NCBI GenBank assembly: GCA_027604505.1
Contig: JADIIX010000062.1
Span: 62,001 to 126,000 of the forward strand
Reading direction: 5' to 3'
Source of the DNA: Gonapodya sp. JEL0774
Taxonomy: Eukaryota
Length of the DNA stretch: 64,000 nucleotides
Positions 1-12,900 of the stretch are shown piece after piece. A model generated the notes under the pieces. That model ran no database searches, was not told the origin of the DNA, and saw only the letters and a program-made list of their open reading frames with translations. The translations under genes and the position numbers were made by a program. Numbering within the stretch: the first letter of the stretch is position 1; the number at the start of each line of letters is the position of its first letter.

Positions 1-1993
1 CAACATCCACACCTCGCTACTCGAGCGACACCACCCGCACAGACTATCGCACAGAGACTACCACTACAGCAACCGTGAGTCGCGCCGCCGAATCCCGCGA
101 GTTCACCCAGCTCCAACTGTCGGAGGACGGGTTCGGCATCAGCTTATTTGACATCGTGAGCGAACGGATGCAGGCGGATGGAGTTCGAGGCGGACGCGGA
201 AGTGGTGGTGGCGGAGGAGGAGGAAGTGGTGGTGGTGCGACCTTCACGGCAACCTCCGTCCCCCGCAGCGCCACCGAACCCACTCTTTCCACCCGCCGCC
301 CGACGAAATCGGCATCTGGTGGTGATCCCATAGAGTTTGGTCGCCATTCGCGCCTCTCGACGTCGCCCACACCTCCGACGCACGCGGGCGGCGCGGGCGA
401 GTCCAAACCAAGACCGCTCTCCACAGGCCACCGTGCGGACCTAGTGTCCTCGCAAGGGTCGAGTCAGAGTGGAGGCGGTCTCGTTGGTGGTAACTTGGGC
501 GGCGTGGGTGACTCTCCGCCCAGAGCTCGCCCACGCGACACACTCACTCCAAACGCAGGATCCCTCGACGCCCAATCCCGCTCCCGCCGACTTTCCGAAC
601 ATCGAGATGCACGATCACCCTCCCCTATCGATACTCAGACTCGATCTCGCCCACCTTCCCATCGGGACGACTCCTTCACTCCCGCTCCCCATCAAGAAAG
701 TCAGGCACGATCTCGCCCACCGTCCCATCGCAAGGGCGATTCTATCAATGGTACTGAAACCTCGGACAATCAAGCACGCGCTCGGCCCCCGTCTCAGCGG
801 GCAGAAACCTTCCCCTCTCAACCGGGCCCCGCCTCCTCTCGCCTCCAACAGGACTCATCGTGGTCCACCCATCGCACGGACTCGTTTTACTCGGGGTCGG
901 ACGGATCCTCGATGTACCAGGATCAAGATGGGAGAGACGAGGACTCTCGGAACACCAAGGGGGCGCAGGGCGGTCGAGGATCAGAACATGACATGGTCGC
1001 CACTGTTTGGAGCGAGGACAGGTTTTTACCGCACAATGATGAAGTGAGTCCGTCGAGTCCGTCGAGTCCGGGGGTGGGGCTGGGACACGGACAGTTTCCG
1101 CACAGTCACAAGAAGAAAGCCACGCCGTCGATTCACTCGACTGCTCCGTCTGAGTGGACGAATATCCCGGACAGTGAAGACGAGGACGAGAATCGTGACT
1201 TTGACGACTACATGGGTGGTGGTGCAAACCACGACGAGGACTCTGCTCCACGGTACCACAAACCGCCCGGACGACACGCCCGCGCTGCGAAACCCGCGCT
1301 GAAGAAACGCCCTGGAATGTCGTCCTCAGCGCCTACCTCGGCGGCATCTCCTACGGGCAGTGGCTTTGACGAGTGGGTGGAAGCCATGCGGGACTTTTCG
1401 CCTGGGGAGAGACCCGACGGTGCGAGACCCGACATGACAAGACGGAAATCGGCGGTGTCATTCCATGAAGGACCTCCAGATGTCACGGAGGCGCCGGATT
1501 ATAAAAGGGATGGATCAGATGCGATGGAATTGGGTATGTTCGAGGAGTGGAGATTGAATGTGTACATGAAGAAGATGAAGTGAGTGTTACTGCCCGGCGT
1601 CGGACACCGCTTTGTCGCGCGGACGGGGTGCGTTTGTGGGGTACTCTTTGCTCATTGAGATAACCTCTCCACTGTTCAACTCCACCTGCCTACAGGAAGA
1701 AGAACGCCAAAGAGCAGCAACGCCAACTTGCACAGCAAAATGCCGCACGGTTTTCCAACTCGACATCCACTGCTGGTGCGTTTGCTCAACAACAGCGTGC
1801 ACTTACTAAGTCTCAGTCGGATGGTTCGCTTTCGCGCACCGGAGGCGGTGCAGGCGGTGGGTGGTCCAGTGGGACCGGGAAGGGCATTAAAGTTGGGAGC
1901 GGGGGCCTGCAAAGGAGAGCGTCTTTGCAAAAGGAAGCACGGGGGGAGGAGAAGAAAAGGAGATTTATTTGGGGAGGTGGAGGGAAGAAGTAA
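1..1993 (+). CDS. 3' part of a Ser/Pro/Gly-rich disordered protein with a C-terminal PP1-docking-like motif (5' end lies outside the window)
   Basis: The frame of ORF 75..1583 is open from the window edge. A GTGAGT donor at 1580 and a TACAG acceptor at 1695 join in phase to an open exon 1696..1993 (KKNAKEQQRQ...GGKK*). Motif: RRKSAVSFHEGPPDVTEAPDYKR. Confidence 0.65.
575..815 (+). repeat. Degenerate coding tandem repeat, ~4 copies of (A/T)RSRPPSHRxD
   Basis: SRSRRLSEHRD, TRSRPPSHRDD, ARSRPPSHRKGD and ARARPPSQRAE occur at ~60 nt spacing. The DNA motif CGATCTCGCCCACC recurs. Confidence 0.7.
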
Positions 1994-2379
1994 AGCCATA
2001 TGTGTTTTGACGTTTTGACCTCCCCCCTTCGGGTGGGCGATGGTCTGATTGTTTTTATATAGTTTTGAATGTGCCACGATAGTACCAAATCTGTACAGAG
2101 TTATTTATATTCCGTGACTTGTGAACGAGCACCGAGAACCGTCACACAGTTCGCTGACCGTCAACCACACCAGTCGCAAGGTATCTGTGCAGGTGATGAT
2201 TACCACTGAGACGTCGTGAGAGACCGACGTGACGTAGCTTGCCGATTGCGGTGGTGTGAACAGGCTGAGGAGGCAAGGCACGGGGAGGTGCCGAGGCGGA
2301 CGATGTGATGGAGGGAGGCTGTGCAGCTGTGGGCGGTGGTGGTGATGACCTCGCACGGTGATGTTATGAGTGGTTCGAA

Positions 2380-3830
2380 ACTCACGAGACCTTGAGCTTT
2401 GGGAAACTGATTCGGCCTTCTTGGGTGGATTCTAAAAACGAGTCAGTCAGAGCTCAGAGAGGCAATTGCATCACTACCCCTGCGCACCTGCGGCACCATC
2501 GTCGGAGGTGCTGTTGCACCACTACAGCTGGGTGGTGGTTCATGGTCCGCCTTTTTGGTCGATCCAGGAGGAGCTAGACGTCGTGGTTGCTCATCAATTT
2601 CCACCTGAGTTCGGACAACACGATTTTCTTTGTTGACCGTGTCGCGTTTTGCCTTGGACGGGCCGGATTGTGCAGAGATTTTACTCTTATGTGAAAAATC
2701 TCTGGCCCCTCCTAGGGTCCCTTGTGATTCGGCCATAGACGTTGCTGCTTTAGTATTCCGACCACACAAGTCCTTCTTCAACCCATTCGTCGCCTCATTA
2801 ACGGCCAATTCCACCTCGCTGTCATCTGAACCGTCCTCACCATCGCTTCCACTTGCACCACCAGACCGAGTACGACTCTTCCTCCCGCCACTTTTCACCG
2901 ACACAGTGGAAGAGGATTGTGATACAATAGGGGTTTTAGAGGACAGCTCTCTTTTCTTCTCTGGAGGCCTGAAGTCGTCCGCAGCGTCGGTGCAGTTTGG
3001 AGGCGAGACCCCGCCGTCTCGACTGACAGATTCCACTTCTGGTTCTGAGAACTCAGAGTCTTCTACCAAGCGAGATTTCTTCCGTTTAAATGGTTGGGCG
3101 GAAGGTAGCTTAGCCTCGACAGCAGGCGCTCTATCTGTAGTTGAGGCACGCAATGGTTGCTTGTGGTTCTTGGAAGTTTTTGACTGGACATTAATCCTCG
3201 CATCTTCCGACTTCGCTAGGGTAGTGTTTGGCGACACTTCCGTCAACAATGTGTCGGCCTTCCTCCTCCCGTCCTTTGAAGACTTCTTTTTCTCCCGCGC
3301 GGGCGAAAGCCGAGTGAGGTCATCTTCAGATGAAGATGTTACTAGGTCGACATAGTGTTCGAATTTTGAATGTGAATTCGACGGCTTGTGTGGAGGAGGG
3401 CTGTACACCGTTCTGGGCAAGAGAGTGAAACATAGAAAGTTCGCCCGAAGGCAAAGAAAACCTACTTGGAGGATTGAAAGTCATCATCCATTTCTTTGAA
3501 AAAGGTACCGAAGAGGAATCAGATGTGTTACAGTAACAATCCTAATTCTTTCATATTACCGGCGTCCTTTCCGTTCCATTTTGCACTGCTTTCCTCATCG
3601 ATCTTCCGTTTCTTTAATTTAGATACTTTTTCTTGGACGAATGGTATGAAGTCCTCAGTGGGAACTTCGCGTGGATGTTTCAGTGCTGAAGTTTCTGCAT
3701 TCAGAGAGCGATCAACTCACCGGTGTAATTGACTCGTTTACGCTCTCTATCAAGTCAAATCGATCGAATCAATTCATTCAGGTTCCAGTCCTTCGCGGAG
3801 CCATACCGTTTTGCTCGCTCTGACATTCAT
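2380..3830 (-). CDS. Hypothetical Lys/Ser-rich low-complexity protein (multi-exon, ends uncertain)
   Basis: 325-aa ORF 2443..3420 plus probable short upstream exons at ~3460-3830. No recognisable domain. Confidence 0.5.
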
Positions 3831-3953
3831 GCCGTTCGGTGTGGGTGGTTGGGAGGGCTACGCATGCGAAGACAATTGATCCCTGCACGGTCGAAGGTCC
3901 CTCAAGCGATTCTCGTTACACTTAGAAATAAATAGCTACAAACTTCTGATGTA

Positions 3954-6900
3954 TTACGATTTCTTCAATCGGGTGTCAACCACCTTTTCGATTGGTTTCA
4001 GGAATTCGGCGGCGATTTTCTGTCGCTCTTCAAGAACCATCTGAGAAGTATCCTTTCAAATGGAAAGAATGGAACGATGAGAACACAGGACCCATCACAC
4101 CCACGTCTTTCTCCTTTGAGAAGCTTTCGACTCACCCTCTTCTTATTCTGTTCCTCAACCACTAATGCGGCCCGGTGTGTGTACCAACGTTTTGGTACCG
4201 GGACATCGGTTGGTACCGGCGCCGGTCTGATTAGCAACCCTCCCAAATCGGAATCACGTATTACCGGCTCCGCATAGGGAATCATACCAGGACGAAGCTC
4301 GGAAGATGGAAGTCCTGGTTTGAGCCTCAGTACAAAAGCGAGAATGTGATCCACACCTTCATCAGAACGATAGATGTTCGGATCACCCAGTCGAGAGAGC
4401 TCGATCTTTCCAGCGACTGAAGGATCGGCTAGAGCAAATGTTTTAATGGCATCGAAAGGCTTTGGATCGTTGGCAGAAAGCAGTTCATCAGGGCGACGCC
4501 CTCCCTCACTAGTTCGAGGTACTGACGCGGAGGGGCTGGTGTCGGGTCGATCAGCGCTCGGAGTAAGAGGTCGATCTGTGACTGTTGCATCAACGGTCAC
4601 CGGAATTTCCTTGGGTTTGCTTGTCGTCCTCGTCTTAACTACTAGCGCAAACTCATCATGGCCAGAAGAAACACCCTAAATTCGAAGATTTAAATTTGGT
4701 TGGGGGAAGAGTGGCTCATCATTTCCTTCACCCGACTCACTCTGACGGCGATTGTAAACCTTGCCTTTGACCCAGGTGGAATAATGGCACGAGTTGGGGA
4801 CACCTTGTATGTGACATTCACAGACTCTATGCTTTCACCGTCCTTCACTTCTTGTCCCAAGTGATTAACGACACCCATGTCGAGCACTGTGTCTCCCATA
4901 TTGTACACTTCGAAGTGCTTCTTCACCCTAGTTCAAAGCGATAGTTGAGTACAGAGCTTCGGTTCCCTGCGAGCGATAACAACGATTACGGTACCTTTCT
5001 GTTATCCTTACTTCGGGGAATGTTAATGGAATAGGCTCGGGTCGCTCCTCTCCACTCGCCACCTCAATCGTTTCAGTGAGCTCATCTTCTTCCTGTTTCA
5101 ATGCCATCTTAAATACGCCACCAGTACCAAGCACCGGAAGCTTAAAAAACGGATCGGTGCCCAAGCTATGTCCCACAGAATCGATTTGATCGAGAAAAAG
5201 TGCTGCAGTGTAGCGGACTCCCTGTTCTGCGGGACTGAACTCCACTTCAATGTTTACCGTACCATTCGGCGAAAGATCAAAGGTACTACTCATTGAATTA
5301 GTTAAGGGGCCATCAGGAGTGGACACAAGAAATACAAGATCAGATCGAAGCGCACCTTTCTGCAATCTTGAAGCGCTCATGATCCACCCGCGCACGAAAC
5401 CTGAAACCCCTACCACATATATTTTTCACTTCAAGCTTCCGAAACTCGGGTTGCTCAAATCCAACAGTGCCAAAGTCCAGGGTGCTGATCCCTGTGTCTA
5501 TTTCTGGTTCAATGGCTCTCCCAGAGAGTTCAACTATCACGCTGGTATGATCCGTCTCAAGACGGCCAACCGCTTGATAAAGATTTGGAGCTTGTGGTCT
5601 GAACTCTAGGATCAGAGTTTTGCTTTGCCTTGGCGCAACGGTACCCTGCAAGCGACCCGATTGGACAATTTAGAGAGTAAGCAAGTGCTGGCAATTAGAC
5701 AGAACGTACCTGGCCATCGCCAACCAGCACAAAGACGTCGTTAAACTCCCTTTGGACAGTAAAAGAGTATGAGAGAGAGCGGCGCACGGGATTTCGGAAA
5801 GAGACTTCGAGAGTTCGGGTTTCAGTCACGAGAATTGACTCGAAATCCAAAGGCGACAACACAATTTCTCCTGCAATCTGAATGTTAAGGTTTGCGTTTG
5901 AGCACTAGAAGTAAACGAGGATCCCTCTCACTTGCACGGGCTACTCACGTCAACGAAAGACACTGACAGCTCTATGACTCGGCGGGGTATCATAGTAATA
6001 CTTGTTGAGAGCTCAACTTGGCCGGTTACGTTCACGAATGGTGGCACTTCTCGACTTTCGTCAATAAGAGGTGGAGTAGCTTCGATCAAGAGGATTTTCG
6101 CGCTTTTGGGGGCAATAATCTCATCAGGCTCAACCAATTTAAAAAATTGCTGCAAGAAGCATAATAAGAAACTTTGCATGGCATCAAGATTTGTTATGAC
6201 TTGTAACACACCGAGCCCACGATTATTGCTGCGGAAAATGGAAGTTTGAAGCTATTCTGGTTACAGAGCAAGACTTCTAATAGGTGGGATTCTTCCATGG
6301 GCTGTGTTTTAAAGATCTGCTCGAGGATATGCGTGATTGGGAAGTTGAAAGTCTCCACTTACCATTTGCCCGAAACTAATTGCTCCTAGACCGTCAGTTG
6401 CAATCAAGCTCTCTACTTTACCAGCAGAAGCAAGATTCTCTTTAGATGTGACAATCAAGGGGTGCACAATGAATCTCCCTGTGACTGGGAAGACGTATGA
6501 ATCCCCGTTCTCAATGGTAAGCTTAGCAAACCACTGGCGCTCCTTTAGCAAGTCCGCAATAGCATCTGTGTCCGGAAGGCCAGTCTCCTTGAGTGGGATA
6601 GAAGATTGATAATTGATAGAAAACGTGGTTCTGCGATATTCGCGAAGACAATGATGAAGATGCATCGCTATGACTGAGAATCGGAGTAACGAGCTCACGA
6701 GGTGACTTCCGCGAGCTTTGACAACGTGACATCCGCAGGATGGAAACTGAAATCTGATGCGCATGGACCAGTTTCGATGTTTCCGTCTCCGAACACTTCT
6801 GCCGTGACATGCAAATCATACATGCAGCCATTCTGAATCTCGAACTTGTCCTCAGTGTTAGATTGACAGATTCTGTGACATTCCAGGAACACGCAGTCAC

Positions 6901-9900
6901 ACGCTCACCTTGCTAAGAGTTCCGTCTTCGCCCAGGTAGATATCACCAAGCTCAAGACGTTCTGGTACATTCATGAGTTTGAGGACGGCACCTAAGTTAT
7001 CGAAGGTGAGCAGGGACTGCGCAAAAAACAAAATGACCCTGCCAAGCGATATCTCACGAATTCCTCACCTTCGCCAGTTATTGGAACTTCTTTGACCTCG
7101 AGCGTAGCTTTAATAGTGAGCTTGCTTTCGAACGCTCCAGCAATCTTTGGTGCAAAGGTGATATTATATTTGGCTTCTTGACCCGGTTCGATGTTACCAG
7201 TAAGCGGTAGTATCGATTCATCAATATCAAACAGTTCACGTTCAGGCCACTCGTTGATCACTTGGTATTTCAGGTTCGCTGTGCCCTACAGTAGTCGAAC
7301 GTCATATCAATCACCAACCATCGAGACACGAATAAGATTAGTTTGTTAGGGGCAGAGGGAGGTGCATACCTCATTGCGGACGACAAAGTTGAGCGCTTTT
7401 CTTTTTCCAATGCCCACCGCCGGGAATGATATTCTTTCAGGTAACACCACCAATTTCGGATGCCCACTGGCTCCCATAAGCTTCACTGTGCTTATTTCCT
7501 TCCACGTTCCAGTGACACCCTGATCATGGGATTGACGTGTTCGTTAGCCATTAGCCGTGATCCGGTTCGACGCAACATTTATGGGAGGTCCTCACGTGCA
7601 ACTGCTCAATCACCGCCCTCGCTTCTTGCCAGTCTTCAGTTGCGTCCAAGTGCGCCTTAAATGCCACGGCTATGTTCGCGGTATCCCCTGGATCGATAAA
7701 TCCCTCTGGTGCAAGACATGCAAATATAATTGATTACCACAAACTCATCCACAAACCAACAAAGTCCCTACCATGGGGCGTAGTTATAACCCAAGGCATA
7801 ATTATTGAAGGAGTTCCGGACTCTTCCACAAGTTCGAGAAGCTTGTCTTTCTTTTGAACTTTCTTTCCCGGGGGAGTTGATGGCTTTGTCCCCTTATTGG
7901 TCTTCCGAACAGCCTTTCCTGGAGGAGCTCCACCGGCGCTCGGCCTTGCTGATTCCGCTGGAGGAGTTCTTGCTATAGATTCCAACCTCACGCGGTACTG
8001 CACTTTTTCATTACTATAGTTTGTAATGGATCGGTCAACATTCTCAACCTCCCCCGCTGCTACCCTGCCAACGTTAGCGTTCTCAGATTCATTGAGAGCA
8101 ACCGGTTGACTATAAACCCGAAATTTAAAGGGGATTTCTTTGCGGACCTCGTGCGCGCGGCCATATACCATGTTGAACACAAGACGTCCTTCCACTATCC
8201 TTGCGTCTTTTGGTCGAACAGAAACTTCCACTTCCACATCCTGGCCTGGCCTCAGTATAGTTCTGTCAGCACCTCCATCCAGGCGTATACGGAAGAGTCC
8301 TTCATCATCGCCAGCCTCTATCGACACCTGGATGGGGGTATCGAAGTCACCATTGTTCGTGAGTACTATGGTTGCTGTTTGAACTTCAGTCATGGGCATG
8401 TTCCGCAAGACGAGGTCCTCTTTCCACGATACATCGCATTTCCCACACAATGCGTTCAACGGAATTAACAGCGTGTCGTCTTCAGCGAGACGGACCTCAA
8501 TAGGGTCTCGTATTGTGCCTGTTGTGTCAGGCTCGAAATTGGCTCGGATAGTTATCGTCTTGTCCGGTTGGAGTGTGAAAGGGAGCATCCCTGCATCCGG
8601 CGATACAATCTCAAAAGTGAGCGTGGCAAGAGGGTGGTGAAGGCTTACAACACCTTCCACATTGCCGACATTGGTTAACTCAAATATTCTGTCTGCTCGG
8701 TATCCAACAACACAAATACCAAGATCTAATCCTCGGAGTGCTGTATCGTCCGCCGTTTTGAAGACTGGTTTTAGCCTGACAGCCCCGCCAACCCCCTTGA
8801 TCTCCAGAACTAAGGGTTCCTTGGACCACTGAACTTTTAACTTGCGTGCATACGGTCCTTCGCCTTGAGGTGCAAAAGTCAGAACAAGAGGAATACTCTG
8901 CCCGATCTCCAGCGTTCCACCCTTTGGCTCAACATCAAATACTGAGGCAACAGTCGAAGATTCCAACCCGGAAGTTGTTCCGACAATTACGAAGTTGTCT
9001 GGGTACGTGCCAATATTAGATAAGAGAATGGACCGATTTGCCGTTTGCTTTTTCTTCAACAGTCCAAAATCTACTGATGTCGGGTTGACCTTCAATATTG
9101 GATTCCCGACCTTTGCGTTTAAGATGAACCTGATAATCACCTCTCCATCACTTTGGAGCTCATATCCTTGAACGTATTGTCCAACTACGTTTCCTACGAA
9201 AGTAGCAGAGAATTCACGTGTTTCACCAGGCGATATCGAACCCTGAGGCGGATCTATCTGAAAGAGATCAACCGAACCATCGGCATCCCAGTCATTTGGA
9301 CGGAGCCGTAAGGCACTAACCGCGATGATTTGAAAGCCGAAGGAGAGATTACCCGTGTTTGGCAGGTTGAACAGGAGCCTCTTGGCGGTCGTCCCGCCTC
9401 CCTTGACAGTTCCAAGATTAAATGCTTCGGACTGACCAGCAGAAAAAGTTGCCTGTGGTTTACTTGTTTGTTCTAAGAGGACTGTTGTTTCTTGGAGTCT
9501 ACGAAGAGCTGTGGCAAGACCATCCTTGTTTTTGGTGAAGCGAGATCCAAGGAAATCTTTACTTGCTCCGAAGATGACTTTCGTTTGTTGAATGGCTTTA
9601 TCGGCAAGACTTTCGAGCTTCGATTTAATGGAGCCCTGTTCCTCAATTTGAACGGAGTCATGAATAAATTCTTCCTGGAATCTGGCAGCTGGGAGCTTAT
9701 CTCCCACCACCAAAGGAACAGTCGCCGAATCATGATTGCGAGAGGTTCCGAAGGAATGCCCCGTTGACGCGACAGTTTTCAAAGATGGCCCTTCGACTAG
9801 CGATTCGAGATCATGCTTTAAAGAAGTTATTTCGTTCGCAAACTGTGTTGTTAACTCGAACGCATGTCCCGATGGCGTTGACAATCTATCATCCAAAGAA

Positions 9901-12900
9901 GAAGTGACAGGCCTCGATTCGTCGGGGGACGATAACTGAGACGTCACTGGGGAGCGATTCCTGAGGGATCCTAGTCGACGCAGTTGTGGTGTCGCAAGTC
10001 GGTCTTTCGCAGTCGATGTGCGCGGTGTGGAGCGATGTGATGTGGCCGCGCGAGATATTGGTGGAAGAGGTCGCCCGCCAAGCGGTGTTTCGGGGACCGA
10101 TTCTGCCGCTTCGACGTCCTGTTTTGCTGCCTCCTCTGCATTAACTCTTTCCGCCGAACCAAGCTCTTCAACAATGGCATTCATATTCTCTAATTGAGCC
10201 TGAAAGGCAAGTTTGAGCTGCTCAGAAGATGAGCTTAGAGGCGCTTTTGGAACTTGTGGCAACAGAGGCAACTGCTCCTCCCCTGGAGTTGTCGGCTCTT
10301 GCGGTGCGGGCGTCACGGACTCCACGTGGATAATAGCTTTACCTCCCGTTACACATAGTTGGCCTTCGGAGTACTCGCCATCGGCTGTGGTGACCACGTA
10401 GGTGGCACTCATGGTGGAATTGTATATCCTCGGCATGGCAGTAAATTTCAAAACTGCTGTTCCGTTTGGCGGAATAACATCTGCAGTCGAAAATGCAAAT
10501 TCAAACATTCTATCAACGGGTCTCGTTATGCACAAGTGTCGGACTTCTCACCATGCATTGGTTCAACAAAAAAGACTTCGAAGTCTTCAGGTTGAATTGG
10601 CTGTCCATCTATAGTCCCGTCCACAATACTGACATCATATTCCACTCGCCTATTTCCAGTGTTGCGGATTGAGACCGTACGAGTGTGGGTTTTATTGAGC
10701 GCAATAATACCAAAATCGATTTCACCCCCGTTCTCTATTTTCAAGAATGGAACCCCCACTATCCCTGAACAGACGAGATAGCGGGTTCCAGCGTCGGTGT
10801 CAAAAGTGATTGTGTGATTTAGAGGGGTAAAGTCCACAGGATTGAAGCTGACTGCCACCCATCCTTGGTCACCAGGCATAAGGTATCCTGCGCGCGGTTC
10901 TGCTTCGAGAACGTCTCCTTCTACAGACAAAGACCAACTACAAGCAGCATTACCATCGTTTGAGATTAAAACATTGAGTGCCTTATTGAGACCAATGTAG
11001 GTGGTCTTGAAATCCAATTCAGGAGGATTCAGCGCCATCATTGGTTGGCCCGTAGCAATTCTGATGGCAAGGCGTCGCTCAATCCACACGCCGCGAGGCA
11101 CTCTTTGCCATCGGATGAGCAAGGAGGGTGCAACAGGCTCAAGAACAAAGCAAGAAGCTTTGATCGGAATCAGGAACGACGTTCCACTATCAACAGATCC
11201 GTCGTACTCATTTGGCTCATCTCCAACTCCAATTTCAGTTTGCATGCCGCGACCTCCTTCCAGCAGCATCTTCAATCGCGTGGCAATAAGTCCACGATTG
11301 GTGACCTTGAGTGTGCGGACGGTTTCCGTGTTTAGGCGTATCTTGCCAAAGTCAAGGTGATCGTCCATCGCCACATCCGCTGATGCTCCAATACCACTCA
11401 AAGTTATTACTGTTTGTCCGTATTTGTGGACAAACCTGGCTTCACCCCGATACTGCATTTGTTCCAAGGGAGGATGAAACTCGACAGGTATGGAAATCCG
11501 GTCTCCAGCTCCAACCGTCCAAGTCCTGCCACTGACTGAGAATTCGGGGGAAATGAAGGCCAACGTCAAATTCTGCATTTCCCGCCCGAGATTCAAAACG
11601 TCAACAGTGAAAGTACTCTTGTCAGTGGAGGTGGATGCAATTGCAGTAACACCATAATATTGCGTCCCTTGAATCCTGTTGCTGGCCTGAGAGACAACTG
11701 TGTACTGTTCTGCTGGTGCCACCCCAAAATCGTGAAAAGGGGGGAACAACTCAAGAGTCCGATACACACTACCAACAATTCTCAGTTGTGTTGATTTAAT
11801 CAACTTTTGAGCCACTCTCGCTTCATCCTCAGTGGTGACAGGAGAGTAGAGAAAAGTCAACTCCGTATCCCTTCGAGATAGAGAATGTTGTGGAGCATAA
11901 CCAATCCGAAATATATAGGAGTTGTACGGCTTGAGAATAGGAATTGCTTCTAGGCTAGAATCTGACACATCCATCAGGTCCGCTTTACCAACAAACAATG
12001 CTGTACCAGTAGCTGCCGCATTTGCTGGAATCGAAGATCGTTTTTGTACCTTTCCAGGAGCACGGCTTGTTTGGTATCGAGAGGTTTTTAGAATATCCTT
12101 TAGAATTGCGAATATTCTCAACTTTCTTCGAAGAACTCCCCAGTGATCTTTCTTAACGTAAGCAATTTCCTTTAAGCCGTCAGATGACTTTCCGCTTTCG
12201 TGAGGAACAGTTGCAGAGATTCCAGAGAACTCCACTCGGAGAAGTTCCGGAACACTTGCAACGAGAGCTTTCAGCTCAATTGGAAGGGTGCCGACGTTTG
12301 TAAAGAAGCAAGTTATGAACGCGACCGTTCCTTCCTTGTGGGCTCCAATTTCTACATCTTTATTCTGATATTTCTCGCACACCAGTTCCGCAGTGCCTAG
12401 ACGATGTAGTGGACATAGAGCAGGTCACAATTCAAATGCAAATTGAAACCAAACCATTGGAACACCTCTACGAACCACCAATTCCTGTAATCGGGAAGGT
12501 GTACAGCTTGTGATTTACGAAAGCGTGACAATCCGCCTGCGAAAAGCCTGATTCGGTGGGCGAAAACACGATAGTCACCTCCTGCTCTGAATTGGGAGGG
12601 AGTCGGAAGTTTGACGGGTGAACATAGAAGGGAGTCTTCAACAGAATGTTCACATCGGCTTCAGACGAGTACCACAGCCCACAGTGAGTGTTCGCCAAGA
12701 AAGAGAACAGGGCTTCTGGGACTCACCCAGGGCTGTTCCATTGTTTCGCAAGACAAACTTGCGGGATTTTGATCTGAAGGGAAGTTGTCGATCAGGTTCC
12801 AGTCATCCACACAGAGCCATAAACTCACCGAAGAACCAACATGGATCCATACTGGATGAAGTCGGGGAAGCCAGTCACACTGGTGGATGCAGACGTTCCG

